Below, one piece after another: positions 44,529 through 53,929 of a DNA stretch of 64,000 nt; within the stretch, counting starts at the first letter, position 1; each line of letters starts with the position of its first letter. The position numbers were made by a program, and so were the translations under genes. Below the pieces are notes generated by a model that saw nothing but the letters and a program-made list of their open reading frames with translations, was not told the DNA's origin and made no database searches. The DNA comes from a virus, in IMG/VR virus record IMGVR_UViG_3300043773_002546, positions 64,001 through 128,000 of that record; one strand, written 5' to 3'.

Positions 44529-47500
44529 ATGCCCACGCCGATCACCCGCATCTTTCGTTTGATTCGTTTGCTTCGCGTCCGGCGTGACGCTGCCAATAGC
44601 ACCGATGGCGCGCCGACGAATCTGCGCCCCGGTGAGCTGGCGTTTGGCGACACGGAAAGCACGCTGTACCTCGGCAAGACCGACGGAACAGTGGCCGCGT
44701 TTGGCGAAGGCGGCGGTGGCGGCTCTGGCGCCACGGGGCCTACTGGCCCAGTGGGCACCAACGGCGCGACCGGGCCTACTGGCCCTCAAGCCGAGACGGG
44801 CGCAACTGGCGCGACCGGCCCTCAAGGCGAGACGGGTTCAATTGGCGCGACCGGACCCCAAGGCGAGACGGGTTCAATTGGCGCGACTGGACCCCAGGGC
44901 GAAACTGGTTTAACTGGCCCGGCGGGTTCCAGCGTGTACACCTGGCGCGGCGAGTGGGACAACACGACAAGCTATAACGCGAACGACGTCGTGTCTTACA
45001 ACGGCGCGAGCTACATCGCGACGACGTCCGCGAGTTCAGGCAGCGGCGACCCGGTGACGAACACAAGCGCCTGGCAGCTGCTGGCACAAGCGGGCGCTAC
45101 CGGCCCCAACGGCGCCACGGGCACGAGCTTTACGTGGCGCGGCGAATGGAGCTCAAGCGCCGAGTACTACGTTAACGACGTGGTGTACTACGGCGGCAGC
45201 GCCTGGATTGCGACGACCACGACGTCGAATCAGACTCCGGCTAACGTGCCCGGAGCTTCTTGGGCGCTGATGACGCAAACCACGGGCGACACCGGGCCGA
45301 CTGGTCCGACGGGCGAAACTGGTCCCACGGGCCCGACGAGCCTGGTCTGGCGCGGCGAGTGGAACAGCGGCACGCCGTACTATGCCAACGACGTGGTGTT
45401 TTATTCCGGCGCGTCGTATGTCGCCACAGACTACAACACGAGTTCCGCGCCGACGAGCGGCATGTACTGGAACGTGCTCGTGCAGACCAGCGGCGACACG
45501 GGACCGACGGGCGAAACCGGTCCGACAGGCGCAGGCTCGAACATGGTCGAAGCAGGCGCGGGCACTGGCAGTCTTGTCGGCCTGCCGTCGGCCAATAGCA
45601 ACAGCGCCAACGGAAATTACAGCGCCGTAGGCGGCGGTGCGAGCAACACAGCTGCAGTTAGTTATTCTGCTGTTTTTGGTGGCAGCGCTAACGTGGCCTC
45701 CGGCGACACGCACGCTGCTGTGTTTGCTGGTCAGTGGAACGCGGCGTTAGGTCCGGCTGCCGCGATTTGCGCTGGGTTTTCCAACACCGCCAGCGGTTCG
45801 TATAGCTTTATCGGCGCCGGGCAGTCTAACGTCGTCGACGGTAAATGGGGCGTCATCGGCGGCGGTTCGAGCAACAACGCGGGCGGCGGCATCGACAGTT
45901 GGAGCGCCACGGTTGGCGGCGGCAAGTTCAACACCGCGAGTAATACCTACAGCACGGTCAGTGGCGGCTATGGCAACGCCGCCAACGGGCAATACAGCGC
46001 CGTCAGCGGCGGCTTGCTCAATGCCGCCAGCGGTACGGCTAGCGCCGTCGGCGGCGGCCAGCGCAACACCGCCAGCGCCTACTACAGCGCCACGGTTGGC
46101 GGCGGCTATGGCAACACCGCTCTCGGCAACTACAGCGCCGTCGGCGGCGGCAAGAGCAACGCCGCCAACGGAAATTACAGCGCCGTGGGCGGCGGCTTTC
46201 AAAACGTCACCAGTAATTCCGCCTACAACACCGTGGGCGGTGGCGCAATCAACAACGCTACTGCGGAGGGCAGCACCGTAGCGGGCGGAGGATGGTACGA
46301 CTCCGACACAGCCGAGATCGTAGGCAACACAGCCGGTGGGGCCATCAGCAGCGTCGGCGGCGGCGCGCGCAATTTTGCACTGGGCCTGGCCAGCACTGTG
46401 AGCGGCGGCACGCGCAACACCGCCAGCGGCGACTACACTACCATCAGCGGCGGTAAGCTGAACGCGGCCTCGGGCACCGGCGCCACGGTCGCGGGCGGTG
46501 GTCGGTTTAATGCGAGCGGCCCTAATCCCGAAGGCAACACGGCTGCTGGCAATTACAGCTTTGTGGGCGGCGGCATCGGCAACATCGCCCACAACCCCTA
46601 CAGCACCGTGGGCGGGGGATACAAAAACGAAGCTGTGGGCGAGGAATCCACGGTATCTGGCGGCAGGTACAACGACGCAGGCGCGACGCAGAGCACTATA
46701 GCGGGCGGAGAAAGTAACGGGGCTAACGCCTATTGCAGTTCCGTGGGCGGCGGAAGTCAAAATTATGCTAATGGTTATTGTTCCGTCATCGGCGGCGGTA
46801 TCTTGAACAACGCTGGCGGCGACCACACCACCGTCGGCGGTGGCTACCAAAACACCGCCAGCGGCAATCGAAGCACTGTCGGCGGTGGCTCCCAAAACAC
46901 CGCCACCGGCCAATCCGCCACGGTTGGCGGCGGCTATAAAAACACCGCCAGCGGCTACTACAGCGCCGTCAGTGGCGGTCGGCAAAACACCGCCAGCGCC
47001 TACTACAGCGCCGTGGGCGGCGGCTATAAAAACACCGCCACCGCCCGCTATAGTTTCGCCAGCGGCAGCTATTCCGCCGTCGCGCACTATAGCGCGCAGG
47101 CGCACGCCGCGGGCCGTTTCGCGAGCTCTGGTGACGCGCAAAAACTCACGCTCGTAGCGCGCTGCGAAACTACCGACGCCACGGCAAATCAGGTGCTGTA
47201 TCTAGACGGCGCTGACGCAACCGCGCGGTTGGTGCTCCCCGCTAATACGACCTGGGTATTTGATATCAAACTCAGCGCAAGCAACGTCACGGACGGCGCT
47301 GGAGCGGGCTGGCACATTCGCGGTGTGATTCGGCGAAATGCCTCCAACAGCACCGTGCTTGTGGGCAGCAATATCGTCGAAGGTTGGACGGAGTCGGCTA
47401 TGAGCGGTGCGGCAGTAAGCGCTGTGGCTGACAATACAAACGAGGCGCTTGAGCTGCGCGTCACGGGTTTAGCCAGCAAAACAATTCGTTGGGTTGCCGT

Positions 47501-47537
47501 CGTTGAAGTAGCGCAGGTTTCGTTTGATCCGGCGTAA
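44529..47537 (+). CDS. Tail fibre/adhesin: Mtd-N-like anchor, collagen repeats, WRGEW modules, beta-solenoid
   Basis: [21 protein letters not shown]; (Gly-X-Y)n; three WRGEW...Y..NDVV.Y.G modules; about 15-aa GGG..NTASG.YS.V repeats. Confidence 0.8.
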   Translation: MPTPITRIFRLIRLLRVRRDAANSTDGAPTNLRPGELAFGDTESTLYLGKTDGTVAAFGEGGGGGSGATGPTGPVGTNGATGPTGPQAETGATGATGPQGETGSIGATGPQGETGSIGATGPQGETGLTGPAGSSVYTWRGEWDNTTSYNANDVVSYNGASYIATTSASSGSGDPVTNTSAWQLLAQAGATGPNGATGTSFTWRGEWSSSAEYYVNDVVYYGGSAWIATTTTSNQTPANVPGASWALMTQTTGDTGPTGPTGETGPTGPTSLVWRGEWNSGTPYYANDVVFYSGASYVATDYNTSSAPTSGMYWNVLVQTSGDTGPTGETGPTGAGSNMVEAGAGTGSLVGLPSANSNSANGNYSAVGGGASNTAAVSYSAVFGGSANVASGDTHAAVFAGQWNAALGPAAAICAGFSNTASGSYSFIGAGQSNVVDGKWGVIGGGSSNNAGGGIDSWSATVGGGKFNTASNTYSTVSGGYGNAANGQYSAVSGGLLNAASGTASAVGGGQRNTASAYYSATVGGGYGNTALGNYSAVGGGKSNAANGNYSAVGGGFQNVTSNSAYNTVGGGAINNATAEGSTVAGGGWYDSDTAEIVGNTAGGAISSVGGGARNFALGLASTVSGGTRNTASGDYTTISGGKLNAASGTGATVAGGGRFNASGPNPEGNTAAGNYSFVGGGIGNIAHNPYSTVGGGYKNEAVGEESTVSGGRYNDAGATQSTIAGGESNGANAYCSSVGGGSQNYANGYCSVIGGGILNNAGGDHTTVGGGYQNTASGNRSTVGGGSQNTATGQSATVGGGYKNTASGYYSAVSGGRQNTASAYYSAVGGGYKNTATARYSFASGSYSAVAHYSAQAHAAGRFASSGDAQKLTLVARCETTDATANQVLYLDGADATARLVLPANTTWVFDIKLSASNVTDGAGAGWHIRGVIRRNASNSTVLVGSNIVEGWTESAMSGAAVSAVADNTNEALELRVTGLASKTIRWVAVVEVAQVSFDPA
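44725..44915 (+). repeat. Collagen-like tandem repeats (27-bp unit)
   Basis: GGCGCGACCGGCCCTCAAGGCGAGACGGGTTCAATT-type units encoding [12 protein letters not shown]. Confidence 0.8.
45590..47100 (+). repeat. Beta-solenoid coding repeats (about 45-bp unit)
   Basis: Recurrent GGCGGCGGC...AACACCGCCAGC units. Confidence 0.8.
47259..47270. promoter_or_regulatory. Dispersed palindrome copy 11 (TTTGATATCAAA)
   Basis: Perfect 12-bp palindrome inside a CDS. Confidence 0.6.
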
Positions 47538-47584
47538 CGCACGCGCACACAGGCACAGCTACACATTGCAATAGGAGCAGCAGC

Positions 47585-49570
47585 ATGTCGAACGAAATCA
47601 ATTTTGGCGGTAAGACGCTCAAAAACACTGGCCAAGTCGCACTGGGCAAGAACGGCACCGCGAGCTACTACGCCACGGTCAGCGGCGGGAGAAGCAACAC
47701 GGCTCTTGGACAGGGCGTGACAATCAGCGGCGGCCAATACAACCTCGGCACCAGTAGTAGCTATCAAGATGTAATCGGCGGCGGCAGCGGGAATCTATTG
47801 AACGACAGCTACGCCAGCGTAATTGGCGGTGGCATGACAAACACGGTTAGCGCTCAGCACACCGTAGTTGGCGGCGGCTACACCAACACCGCCAGTAATA
47901 ATCAAGCGACGGTCAGCGGCGGCAAATTTAACGCTGCTTCGGGTGTTGCGGCGACGGTCGGCGGCGGGAGAAACAACACCGCCAGCGGCTACACCAGCAC
48001 CGTTAGCGGCGGCGTTCAAAATACCGCTACCGGTCTCTGTAGTGTTATTGGTGGCGGCGGCGGAAGGTTAATTCCGGATACGATTCCGCCGGAGGGCAAC
48101 TTAGTTGGTTCCAGTACCGGGTCGGGCGCGGTTTTTAGCTTGGTTTTTCAATCCAACGGCCCGCCGACTGTAGATGGCCCCGAAACGTGGATTCTTTCCG
48201 AGGCTTCTATCACCGACGGCGGTACGGGCTACAATCAGTACGACTACCTCACTATTTCTCTGGGCGCGCCCACCGACGTCGAACTTAGTCCGGCGAGCGT
48301 AGAAGTGTCCGACGTCGATCCGGAAACCGGCGCAATTCTGTCCGTCTATGTGACCGATGGCGGCTTGTACTATCGCCCGGCCGGTACGTTTACGGCGTTT
48401 GGGCGCAATCATGCCAGCGCCGACCACAGCACCGTCGGCGGCGGCAAGAACAACACCGCCGGAGGTACTTGGTCTGATTGCGCCACAGTTTCTGGCGGCC
48501 AAGACAACACCAGCCTGAACCGCAGCTTTATCGGCGGCGGCTATAGCAACACCGCCTTCGGCGGCTACAACGCTATCGGCGGCGGTAATAATAACGTTTC
48601 TATGGGTAATTGGAGCGCAATCAGTGGTGGAAGTGAGAATACCACTGCTACGAACACGAATCGCGCCGCAATTGGTGGCGGGAGGGGGAACGTCGTCGAC
48701 AGAACCGGCGGCACCGTCAGTGGCGGCTACAGCAACAGCGCGCTGGGGCAGTACGCCGCGGTCGGCGGCGGATCGGGCAACACCGCCATCGGTAATTTCG
48801 TCCCAGCTGTCGGCGCTCCCGCCTACGCCACCATCAGCGGCGGCAAGGAAAACACCGCCAGCGGTTACGGCGGCGTCGTTGGCGGTGGTCGGGAAAACAA
48901 AGCCGCCGGTATTTACGCTACGATCGACGGCGGGAGAAACAACACGGCGAGCGCCAATTACACCACCATCGGCGGCGGCGGTGTAAACACCGCCGCCGGG
49001 GGCCACGATACAGTCAGCGGCGGGCAGCGGAACACCGCCAGCGGCAGCTATAGCGTCATCGGCGGCGGCAGGTTTAACACCGTCAGCGGCCTGTACAGCA
49101 CCGTCAGCGGCGGCCAACGCGCTCTGGCAGACCGCCGCGGCATGCGGGCGTACGGCGCTGGGCAATTTAGCACTACCGGCGACGCGCAGCAGGTTGACTT
49201 TATGCTGCGCAATAGTACGACCAATGCTACGCCCACCACGCTGTTTCTTAACGGAAGCTCCGACCGGTTGACCATTCCGTCTGGCAAGGCGCTTTTTGCC
49301 ACGGTGACCGTAGCAGGCATTATCAACGGCGGCAGCAAAGCGGCGCATTACAGCCGCAAAGTGGCGATTAAGAACGTCGGCGGGACTACTAGCTTGATTG
49401 GCTCCGTGATCACACTTGGCACCGACGTCGAGGACGACGCTGCCTATGACGTCACGATTACTGCCGACAACACCAACGACGCGCTGCAGATCAACGTCAC
49501 GGGCAAAGCTAGCGAAACCATTCGCTGGGTAGCGCACGTCCAGGGCATCGAAATCGCCTACGGTTCATAG
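47585..49570 (+). CDS. Second beta-solenoid fibre protein, paralogous C-terminal domain
   Basis: Same GGG..NTASG repeats; C-terminal GDAQ...T.L.L.G...RL.IP domain shared with 44529 gene; acidic insert at about 48063-48400. Confidence 0.8.
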   Translation: MSNEINFGGKTLKNTGQVALGKNGTASYYATVSGGRSNTALGQGVTISGGQYNLGTSSSYQDVIGGGSGNLLNDSYASVIGGGMTNTVSAQHTVVGGGYTNTASNNQATVSGGKFNAASGVAATVGGGRNNTASGYTSTVSGGVQNTATGLCSVIGGGGGRLIPDTIPPEGNLVGSSTGSGAVFSLVFQSNGPPTVDGPETWILSEASITDGGTGYNQYDYLTISLGAPTDVELSPASVEVSDVDPETGAILSVYVTDGGLYYRPAGTFTAFGRNHASADHSTVGGGKNNTAGGTWSDCATVSGGQDNTSLNRSFIGGGYSNTAFGGYNAIGGGNNNVSMGNWSAISGGSENTTATNTNRAAIGGGRGNVVDRTGGTVSGGYSNSALGQYAAVGGGSGNTAIGNFVPAVGAPAYATISGGKENTASGYGGVVGGGRENKAAGIYATIDGGRNNTASANYTTIGGGGVNTAAGGHDTVSGGQRNTASGSYSVIGGGRFNTVSGLYSTVSGGQRALADRRGMRAYGAGQFSTTGDAQQVDFMLRNSTTNATPTTLFLNGSSDRLTIPSGKALFATVTVAGIINGGSKAAHYSRKVAIKNVGGTTSLIGSVITLGTDVEDDAAYDVTITADNTNDALQINVTGKASETIRWVAHVQGIEIAYGS

Positions 49571-49589
49571 CATAGCCAGGCCAGCCCGA

Positions 49590-49601
49590 TTTGATATCAA
49601 A
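49590..49601. promoter_or_regulatory. Dispersed palindrome copy 12 (TTTGATATCAAA)
   Basis: Intergenic, 6 bp upstream of TTGACA. Confidence 0.72.
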
Positions 49602-49607
49602 CCCGCC

Positions 49608-49635
49608 TTGACAGGTTTTTGCGCCGCGCTATTCT
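49608..49635 (+). promoter_or_regulatory. Sigma70-type promoter
   Basis: TTGACA-N16-TATTCT; ATG follows 7 nt later, so possibly leaderless. Confidence 0.6.
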
Positions 49636-49642
49636 CGTGAGC

Positions 49643-50446
49643 ATGAAAGCGCATTATTTCATTTCGGGTTTGCCCCGGTCTGGCTCCACGCTTCTGTGCA
49701 ACATCCTGGCGCAGAACCCGCGGTTTTTTGTGTCGCCCGCGACCTCGGGCTGTCACGACGTGCTGTTTAATATCCGGAATCAGTGGGACCGGCTGATCGA
49801 GCACCAGGCCGAAGGTATCAACTACGATCAGCTACGCGGCGTGATGCGCGCTGCGTTGGACGCCTATCACGTCACCGACAAGCCCGTGGTTATCGACAAA
49901 GGCCGCGGCTGGCTAAGTCTTGTCGAGATGCTGGAATTCATCAAAGGCGGGCCTGCCAAGATCATTGTTCCGGTACGGGACATCGCTGAGATTCTGGCCA
50001 GCTTCGAACAGCTCTGGCGAAAGTCCACCGGCATGACGCAGTGGGCTTTCGAGAGCGCGGATTACTTTAAGTCACAAACCATCGAGGGGCGCTGCGAGAT
50101 CTGGGCGGGTATGAGCCAGCCAGTTGGGCTGGCCTACAACCGCGTAAAAGACGCGCTCGCCCGCGGCCACGACAAAAGCATGCTGTTCATGGAAATGGAC
50201 GACCTGACGCGCGATCCCGCGCAGACTATGCGCCGGATCTACGAGTTTCTGGGTGAGCCGTCGTTTGAGCATAACTTTGCGAACGTGCAGCAGGTCACCA
50301 AGGAAGACGACGTCAACGTACATCGCATTCCCGGCCTGCACGCGATTCGGGGCGTTGTGGCGCCAGTGCCCAAGCGCGCATCGGAGATTCTCGGCCCAGA
50401 TTTAGTCCGCAAGTACGCGCATGCAGAGATTTGGCGGCGTTCTTAA
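49643..50446 (+). CDS. PAPS-dependent sulfotransferase
   Basis: FISGLPRSGSTLL 5'-PSB loop; VRDIAEILAS 3'-PB motif; DPAQTMRRIYEFLG. Confidence 0.9.
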   Translation: MKAHYFISGLPRSGSTLLCNILAQNPRFFVSPATSGCHDVLFNIRNQWDRLIEHQAEGINYDQLRGVMRAALDAYHVTDKPVVIDKGRGWLSLVEMLEFIKGGPAKIIVPVRDIAEILASFEQLWRKSTGMTQWAFESADYFKSQTIEGRCEIWAGMSQPVGLAYNRVKDALARGHDKSMLFMEMDDLTRDPAQTMRRIYEFLGEPSFEHNFANVQQVTKEDDVNVHRIPGLHAIRGVVAPVPKRASEILGPDLVRKYAHAEIWRRS

Positions 50447-50497
50447 AACGTCGTTATACTAAGTGTGTCACGTGCCCTTTTTTATGGAGTTTAACTC

Positions 50498-50866
50498 ATG
50501 AGTGTTTTGAATCCTCCGACGCAACCGGCTGTTCCCGCTGGCCAGGTCGTCGCCGAGCGGCTGAAGCAGCAAACCCGTCAGACGTTTCAGCAGCTTGTCA
50601 TGGCGTTTAACAATGGCGCCCGCTCGTTCTGGAATAACAACGACGCCACGCCTGCTGACATTGCTGCGGCCCTCGGCACCGACGCCAAGGAAGTTTTTGA
50701 GCTGCACGGCAAGATCGGCGCCCTGCTGGCGTCCGTGAATCCCGCGGCGATTGCTCCTGGTGTCTCTGCGGTGGGCGCGTTCACCTACAACGCCGACGGT
50801 ACGGTCACGGTCACCGGCCCCGCGCCCGAGCCCGCCCCCGAGCCCGCCCCGACGCCTGAAGCCTGA
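50498..50866 (+). CDS. Hypothetical protein with EPAP-repeat tail
   Basis: GGAG RBS; APEPAPEPAP repeats. Confidence 0.75.
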   Translation: MSVLNPPTQPAVPAGQVVAERLKQQTRQTFQQLVMAFNNGARSFWNNNDATPADIAAALGTDAKEVFELHGKIGALLASVNPAAIAPGVSAVGAFTYNADGTVTVTGPAPEPAPEPAPTPEA

Positions 50867-50903
50867 GTCGCTCAAAGATATCTATTCACGTAGGTATCGG
50901 TAT

Positions 50904-50976
50904 CCCGGAGTAGAGAAACCAGTATCTCGCCACGCTCATAACGTGGAGTTTGCGGGTGCGAGTCCCGTCTCCGGCA
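50904..50976 (+). tRNA. Atypical tRNA with CAU anticodon (Met/initiator-like)
   Basis: (C)CCGGAG/CTCCGG(C)A acceptor with C1:C72 mismatch; GAGA/TCTC D stem; CCACG-CTCATAA-CGTGG; T loop TGCGAGT. Confidence 0.75.
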
Positions 50977-50987
50977 CTTATTACCCC

Positions 50988-51009
50988 CCTAGTCGCTTCG
51001 GTGGCTAGG
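50988..51009 (+). other. UUCG-tetraloop hairpin
   Basis: CCTAGTCGC-TTCG-GTGGCTAGG directly after the tRNA. Confidence 0.6.
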
Positions 51010-51055
51010 CCGCGAAGCCCAGTCAAGTTAAACTCTTGCCGGGCTTCTGCTATTT

Positions 51056-51988
51056 ATGCACCCGCGCAACTACGCCAACATTCAGCGCCGCCGGTATCTC
51101 GAACGCCAGCCCGCCGCGCAAAGTCTCGCGGGGCTGGAGGTGCTGCTTCATCTCGATTCGTTTTGCCTGGGCGACACGCTGTGCTTTGCGTCGTACCTGC
51201 CGGACTTCAAACACTACTATCAGCCCAGCAAGCTCTGGGTGACGACGTTCTGGCCGGAACTCTTTGGTATCTCCGACGAGTTCGACGTGCTCGACGCGGT
51301 AAGCCCAGACACGCTCGTGTGCGACAAGCTCGTTAGCTGCGGCTATCGCAAAGAAGACCTTCTGCACACCACCCGCGGCATGTTCTACGCCGCGCGGGCC
51401 TCGATGGGGCTGCCGGAGGCCCTGCCTGGCGCCGCGGTGCGGAGGCCGCTGACGCGCCCGGTGGCTGCCGTGCGGCAAACCAACAAGATCGTGCTGGCGC
51501 CGGAGAGTACAAAGTCCATTGCGCGCTGGGACTATCAGGGCGGTTGGGGTTGGCAAGCAGTTGTCGACGCGCTGGTGGCCCGCGGCTTCGAGGTGCACAA
51601 CATCTCGTATGAGACCGACCTGGGCCTGCGCAACGTGATTCCGCACCACGGGCACGACGATATCGCCGTCGTGCGCCAGCACATCGCCGAAGCGCGGCTG
51701 TTTCTGGGCTTGAGTTCAGGGCTCGCGTGGCTGGCCTGGGCTTACCACACGCCGGTGGTCATGGTGGCGGGGTTCACCAAGTTTTTTAACGAGTTTCCCT
51801 GCTACCGCGTTTGGAATCCGCACGCTTGCAACGGCTGTTTCAACGTGTTTCCCGACATTAAAAGTCCGTGTCCGCTGTTTGACAATACCGACCGTAAGCA
51901 CGAATGCCACCGCACGATTACGCCGGACATGGTGCTCGCGCAGGTCGATCGGGCGCTTGCAGATACGGCGACTCGCGCGCAGCATTAG
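51056..51988 (+). CDS. BAHT/TibC/Aah-like heptosyltransferase (GT9-related)
   Basis: LDSFCLGDTL; APESTKSIARW..GW; FLGLSSGLAWLAWA; NPHACNGC...CP...ECHRTITP Cys cluster. Confidence 0.75.
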   Translation: MHPRNYANIQRRRYLERQPAAQSLAGLEVLLHLDSFCLGDTLCFASYLPDFKHYYQPSKLWVTTFWPELFGISDEFDVLDAVSPDTLVCDKLVSCGYRKEDLLHTTRGMFYAARASMGLPEALPGAAVRRPLTRPVAAVRQTNKIVLAPESTKSIARWDYQGGWGWQAVVDALVARGFEVHNISYETDLGLRNVIPHHGHDDIAVVRQHIAEARLFLGLSSGLAWLAWAYHTPVVMVAGFTKFFNEFPCYRVWNPHACNGCFNVFPDIKSPCPLFDNTDRKHECHRTITPDMVLAQVDRALADTATRAQH

Positions 51989-51998
51989 AAATCTCTTT

Positions 51999-52012
51999 CT
52001 CTCTCTCTCTCT
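51999..52012 (+). repeat. (CT)7 simple sequence repeat
   Basis: Between the heptosyltransferase stop and the next RBS. Confidence 0.8.
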
Positions 52013-52038
52013 TTTTCTTGCAAGGAAGGCAGAACGCT

Positions 52039-53418
52039 ATGTTCGTGACGACATGCACGCGGGACTATCTTGTGGGGCTTGAAGTTCTGCTGCAGAGCCT
52101 GGTGGACCACAACGAGTGGCTCGCGTCCGACGATATTCCGTTTGTCGTGCTCTCGAATGACCTGACGGCTGCTGATCTCACGGTAGCGCAAAAGATATAT
52201 CCACACGTGAAAATCCGTGGCTACGACGCTGAGAAGTACGCGCCGCTGGAGGAGCTCCGCCGCCAGGCCCAGGCTTTCGGTGATTACTCGAAATACGAAG
52301 TGTTCTCAGTGCCCGACGCCGAGCGCGTGGTCTTTCTGGACGTCGACATGCTGATTCGTGGCGATATCTCTGCGCTGCTGTACAACGAGCAGGACTTCGC
52401 CGCCGTGCGCGAGCTGTACATCGACCAGTTCAATACTGGCGTGATGGTCATCGGCAAAAAGTATCTCTCGCCCCGGGTCACCGCTGATTTGATTCGCCTG
52501 ACGCAGGTCTACGGCGTTACCGAGCATTTGGATCAAGACATCATCAATCACTATTTCGACGGGCAGGTGCACGAGCTGCCGCTGGCCTATAACTTTTTGA
52601 AGATCTATCACAAGCCCATTTTCCGCCGCGACGGCCTGGCCAAGTACGTGAAGATTCTGCACTACGTTGTCAAAAAGCCCTGGCAGCAAAAGTCCGCTGT
52701 AAATCTTGAAGAAGGCACACTTTGGCTCGAGCGCTACTGGTATGACGTGTACGCCAAGACGCTGCGCCTGCGTCACGACAGCGTAGCGCCCGCCGCAGCC
52801 GCCCAGGCTCCGGCGTCAGTTTTAATTCCAGTTCCAGTTCCAGTTCCAGTTCCAGCAGTCGCTGCCCCCAGCACGCTGCCGCCGCTACGCACCCGCGACG
52901 AGTTGGGCAGCTGGATGACGCAGATGGGCTACACGCTGGCTGCCGAAGTCGGCGTGCAGCGTGGCAATTTCTCGCGGCAGCTTTTGAGCACCTGGCCCGG
53001 CGAGCTCTTGATGATCGACGCCTGGGAGCGCCTGCCGGATTATCAAGACGTCTCGAACGTCTACAACGACGAGCATGCGCAGCTCATGGCGGTTGCGCAG
53101 CAGGTGGCGCAGGCGTTTGCGCCCCGCGGCGTGATTGTGAAGGCCAAGAGCCCCGAGTGCGCAGTCAGCTACGCCGACGGCTCGCTGGATCTGGTGTATC
53201 TCGACGCAAATCACAGTTACGAGGCTGTGCTGGCTGACATTCAAGCCTGGCTCCCCAAGCTCCGCCCAGGTGGCGCGCTTGCTGGCCACGATTACGTCGA
53301 CGGCGAACTGCCCCAAGGCCGATTTGGCGTAAAACGGGCTGTTAACGAGTTTTTTGGTCGAGCGCCCGACCTTGTAACAGAAGAAACCTGGGCCACGTGG
53401 CTGTATCTCGTGAAATAG
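52039..53418 (+). CDS. GT8 (glycogenin-like) glycosyltransferase fused to class I SAM methyltransferase
   Basis: FLDVDML; FNTGVM; DQDIIN; ILHY..KPW; Pro/Val linker; EVGVQRG; YLDANHSY; GHDY. Confidence 0.85.
   Translation: MFVTTCTRDYLVGLEVLLQSLVDHNEWLASDDIPFVVLSNDLTAADLTVAQKIYPHVKIRGYDAEKYAPLEELRRQAQAFGDYSKYEVFSVPDAERVVFLDVDMLIRGDISALLYNEQDFAAVRELYIDQFNTGVMVIGKKYLSPRVTADLIRLTQVYGVTEHLDQDIINHYFDGQVHELPLAYNFLKIYHKPIFRRDGLAKYVKILHYVVKKPWQQKSAVNLEEGTLWLERYWYDVYAKTLRLRHDSVAPAAAAQAPASVLIPVPVPVPVPAVAAPSTLPPLRTRDELGSWMTQMGYTLAAEVGVQRGNFSRQLLSTWPGELLMIDAWERLPDYQDVSNVYNDEHAQLMAVAQQVAQAFAPRGVIVKAKSPECAVSYADGSLDLVYLDANHSYEAVLADIQAWLPKLRPGGALAGHDYVDGELPQGRFGVKRAVNEFFGRAPDLVTEETWATWLYLVK
52826..52855 (+). 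repeat. (TTCCAG)5 in-frame hexamer repeat
   Basis: Encodes the PVPVPVP interdomain linker. Confidence 0.85.
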
Positions 53419-53525
53419 TCTCTCGCACGCGAAAACCGCGTGATTTTAGCTGCCAGCCGCGTTTTGGCTGCGAGGTATACTTACAACCTGCGCGGCAAGG
53501 ACGCCGCGTGCCCGGGAGACAGAGC

Positions 53526-53885
53526 ATGGCGGCTCGCACGTTCAAACATTACCGGAAGCTCTTGCAGGTCCTGAAGCAGCACTGCGCCCCCGGCTACCCG
53601 ATTTCTGTGAAGCGGGTGAAAATTCCCAAGAAACTCGACGGGCGCTGCTGGAAAGACGGCCGAAAGTTTCTCATTCAGATCGACAAGGGCCTCGACGAGC
53701 ATCGGGCCATTGATGTGCTGCTGCACGAATGGGCGCACGCCCGGGCCTGGAATCACAGGCTCGATAATTGCTCCACGGACGACGAGTTTAACAAGCTCGC
53801 GCACGACGCCGCCTGGGGTGTGGCGTACGCCGAGGTGTACTGCGTCTACGAGCAGCAGTTCATTCCGGCGGCTGCGAGAATTTAA
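53526..53885 (+). CDS. SprT-like zinc metalloprotease (paralog)
   Basis: LHEWAH..AWN..HDAAWG; similar to 7643-8107. Confidence 0.65.
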   Translation: MAARTFKHYRKLLQVLKQHCAPGYPISVKRVKIPKKLDGRCWKDGRKFLIQIDKGLDEHRAIDVLLHEWAHARAWNHRLDNCSTDDEFNKLAHDAAWGVAYAEVYCVYEQQFIPAAARI

Positions 53886-53891
53886 GCGCAA

Positions 53892-53904
53892 TTTGATATC
53901 ATTG
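53892..53904. promoter_or_regulatory. Dispersed palindrome copy 13 (TTTGATATCATTG)
   Basis: Intergenic, 25 bp upstream of the next ATG. Confidence 0.7.
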
Positions 53905-53929
53905 GTGGCTAGTCACCCGGAGCGTATTT

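Noticed and set aside
44529-49570. Diversity-generating retroelement targeting the fibres
   Set aside because: Despite an Mtd-N-like start, there is no reverse transcriptase, no TR/VR pair differing at adenines and no C-type lectin end in the window
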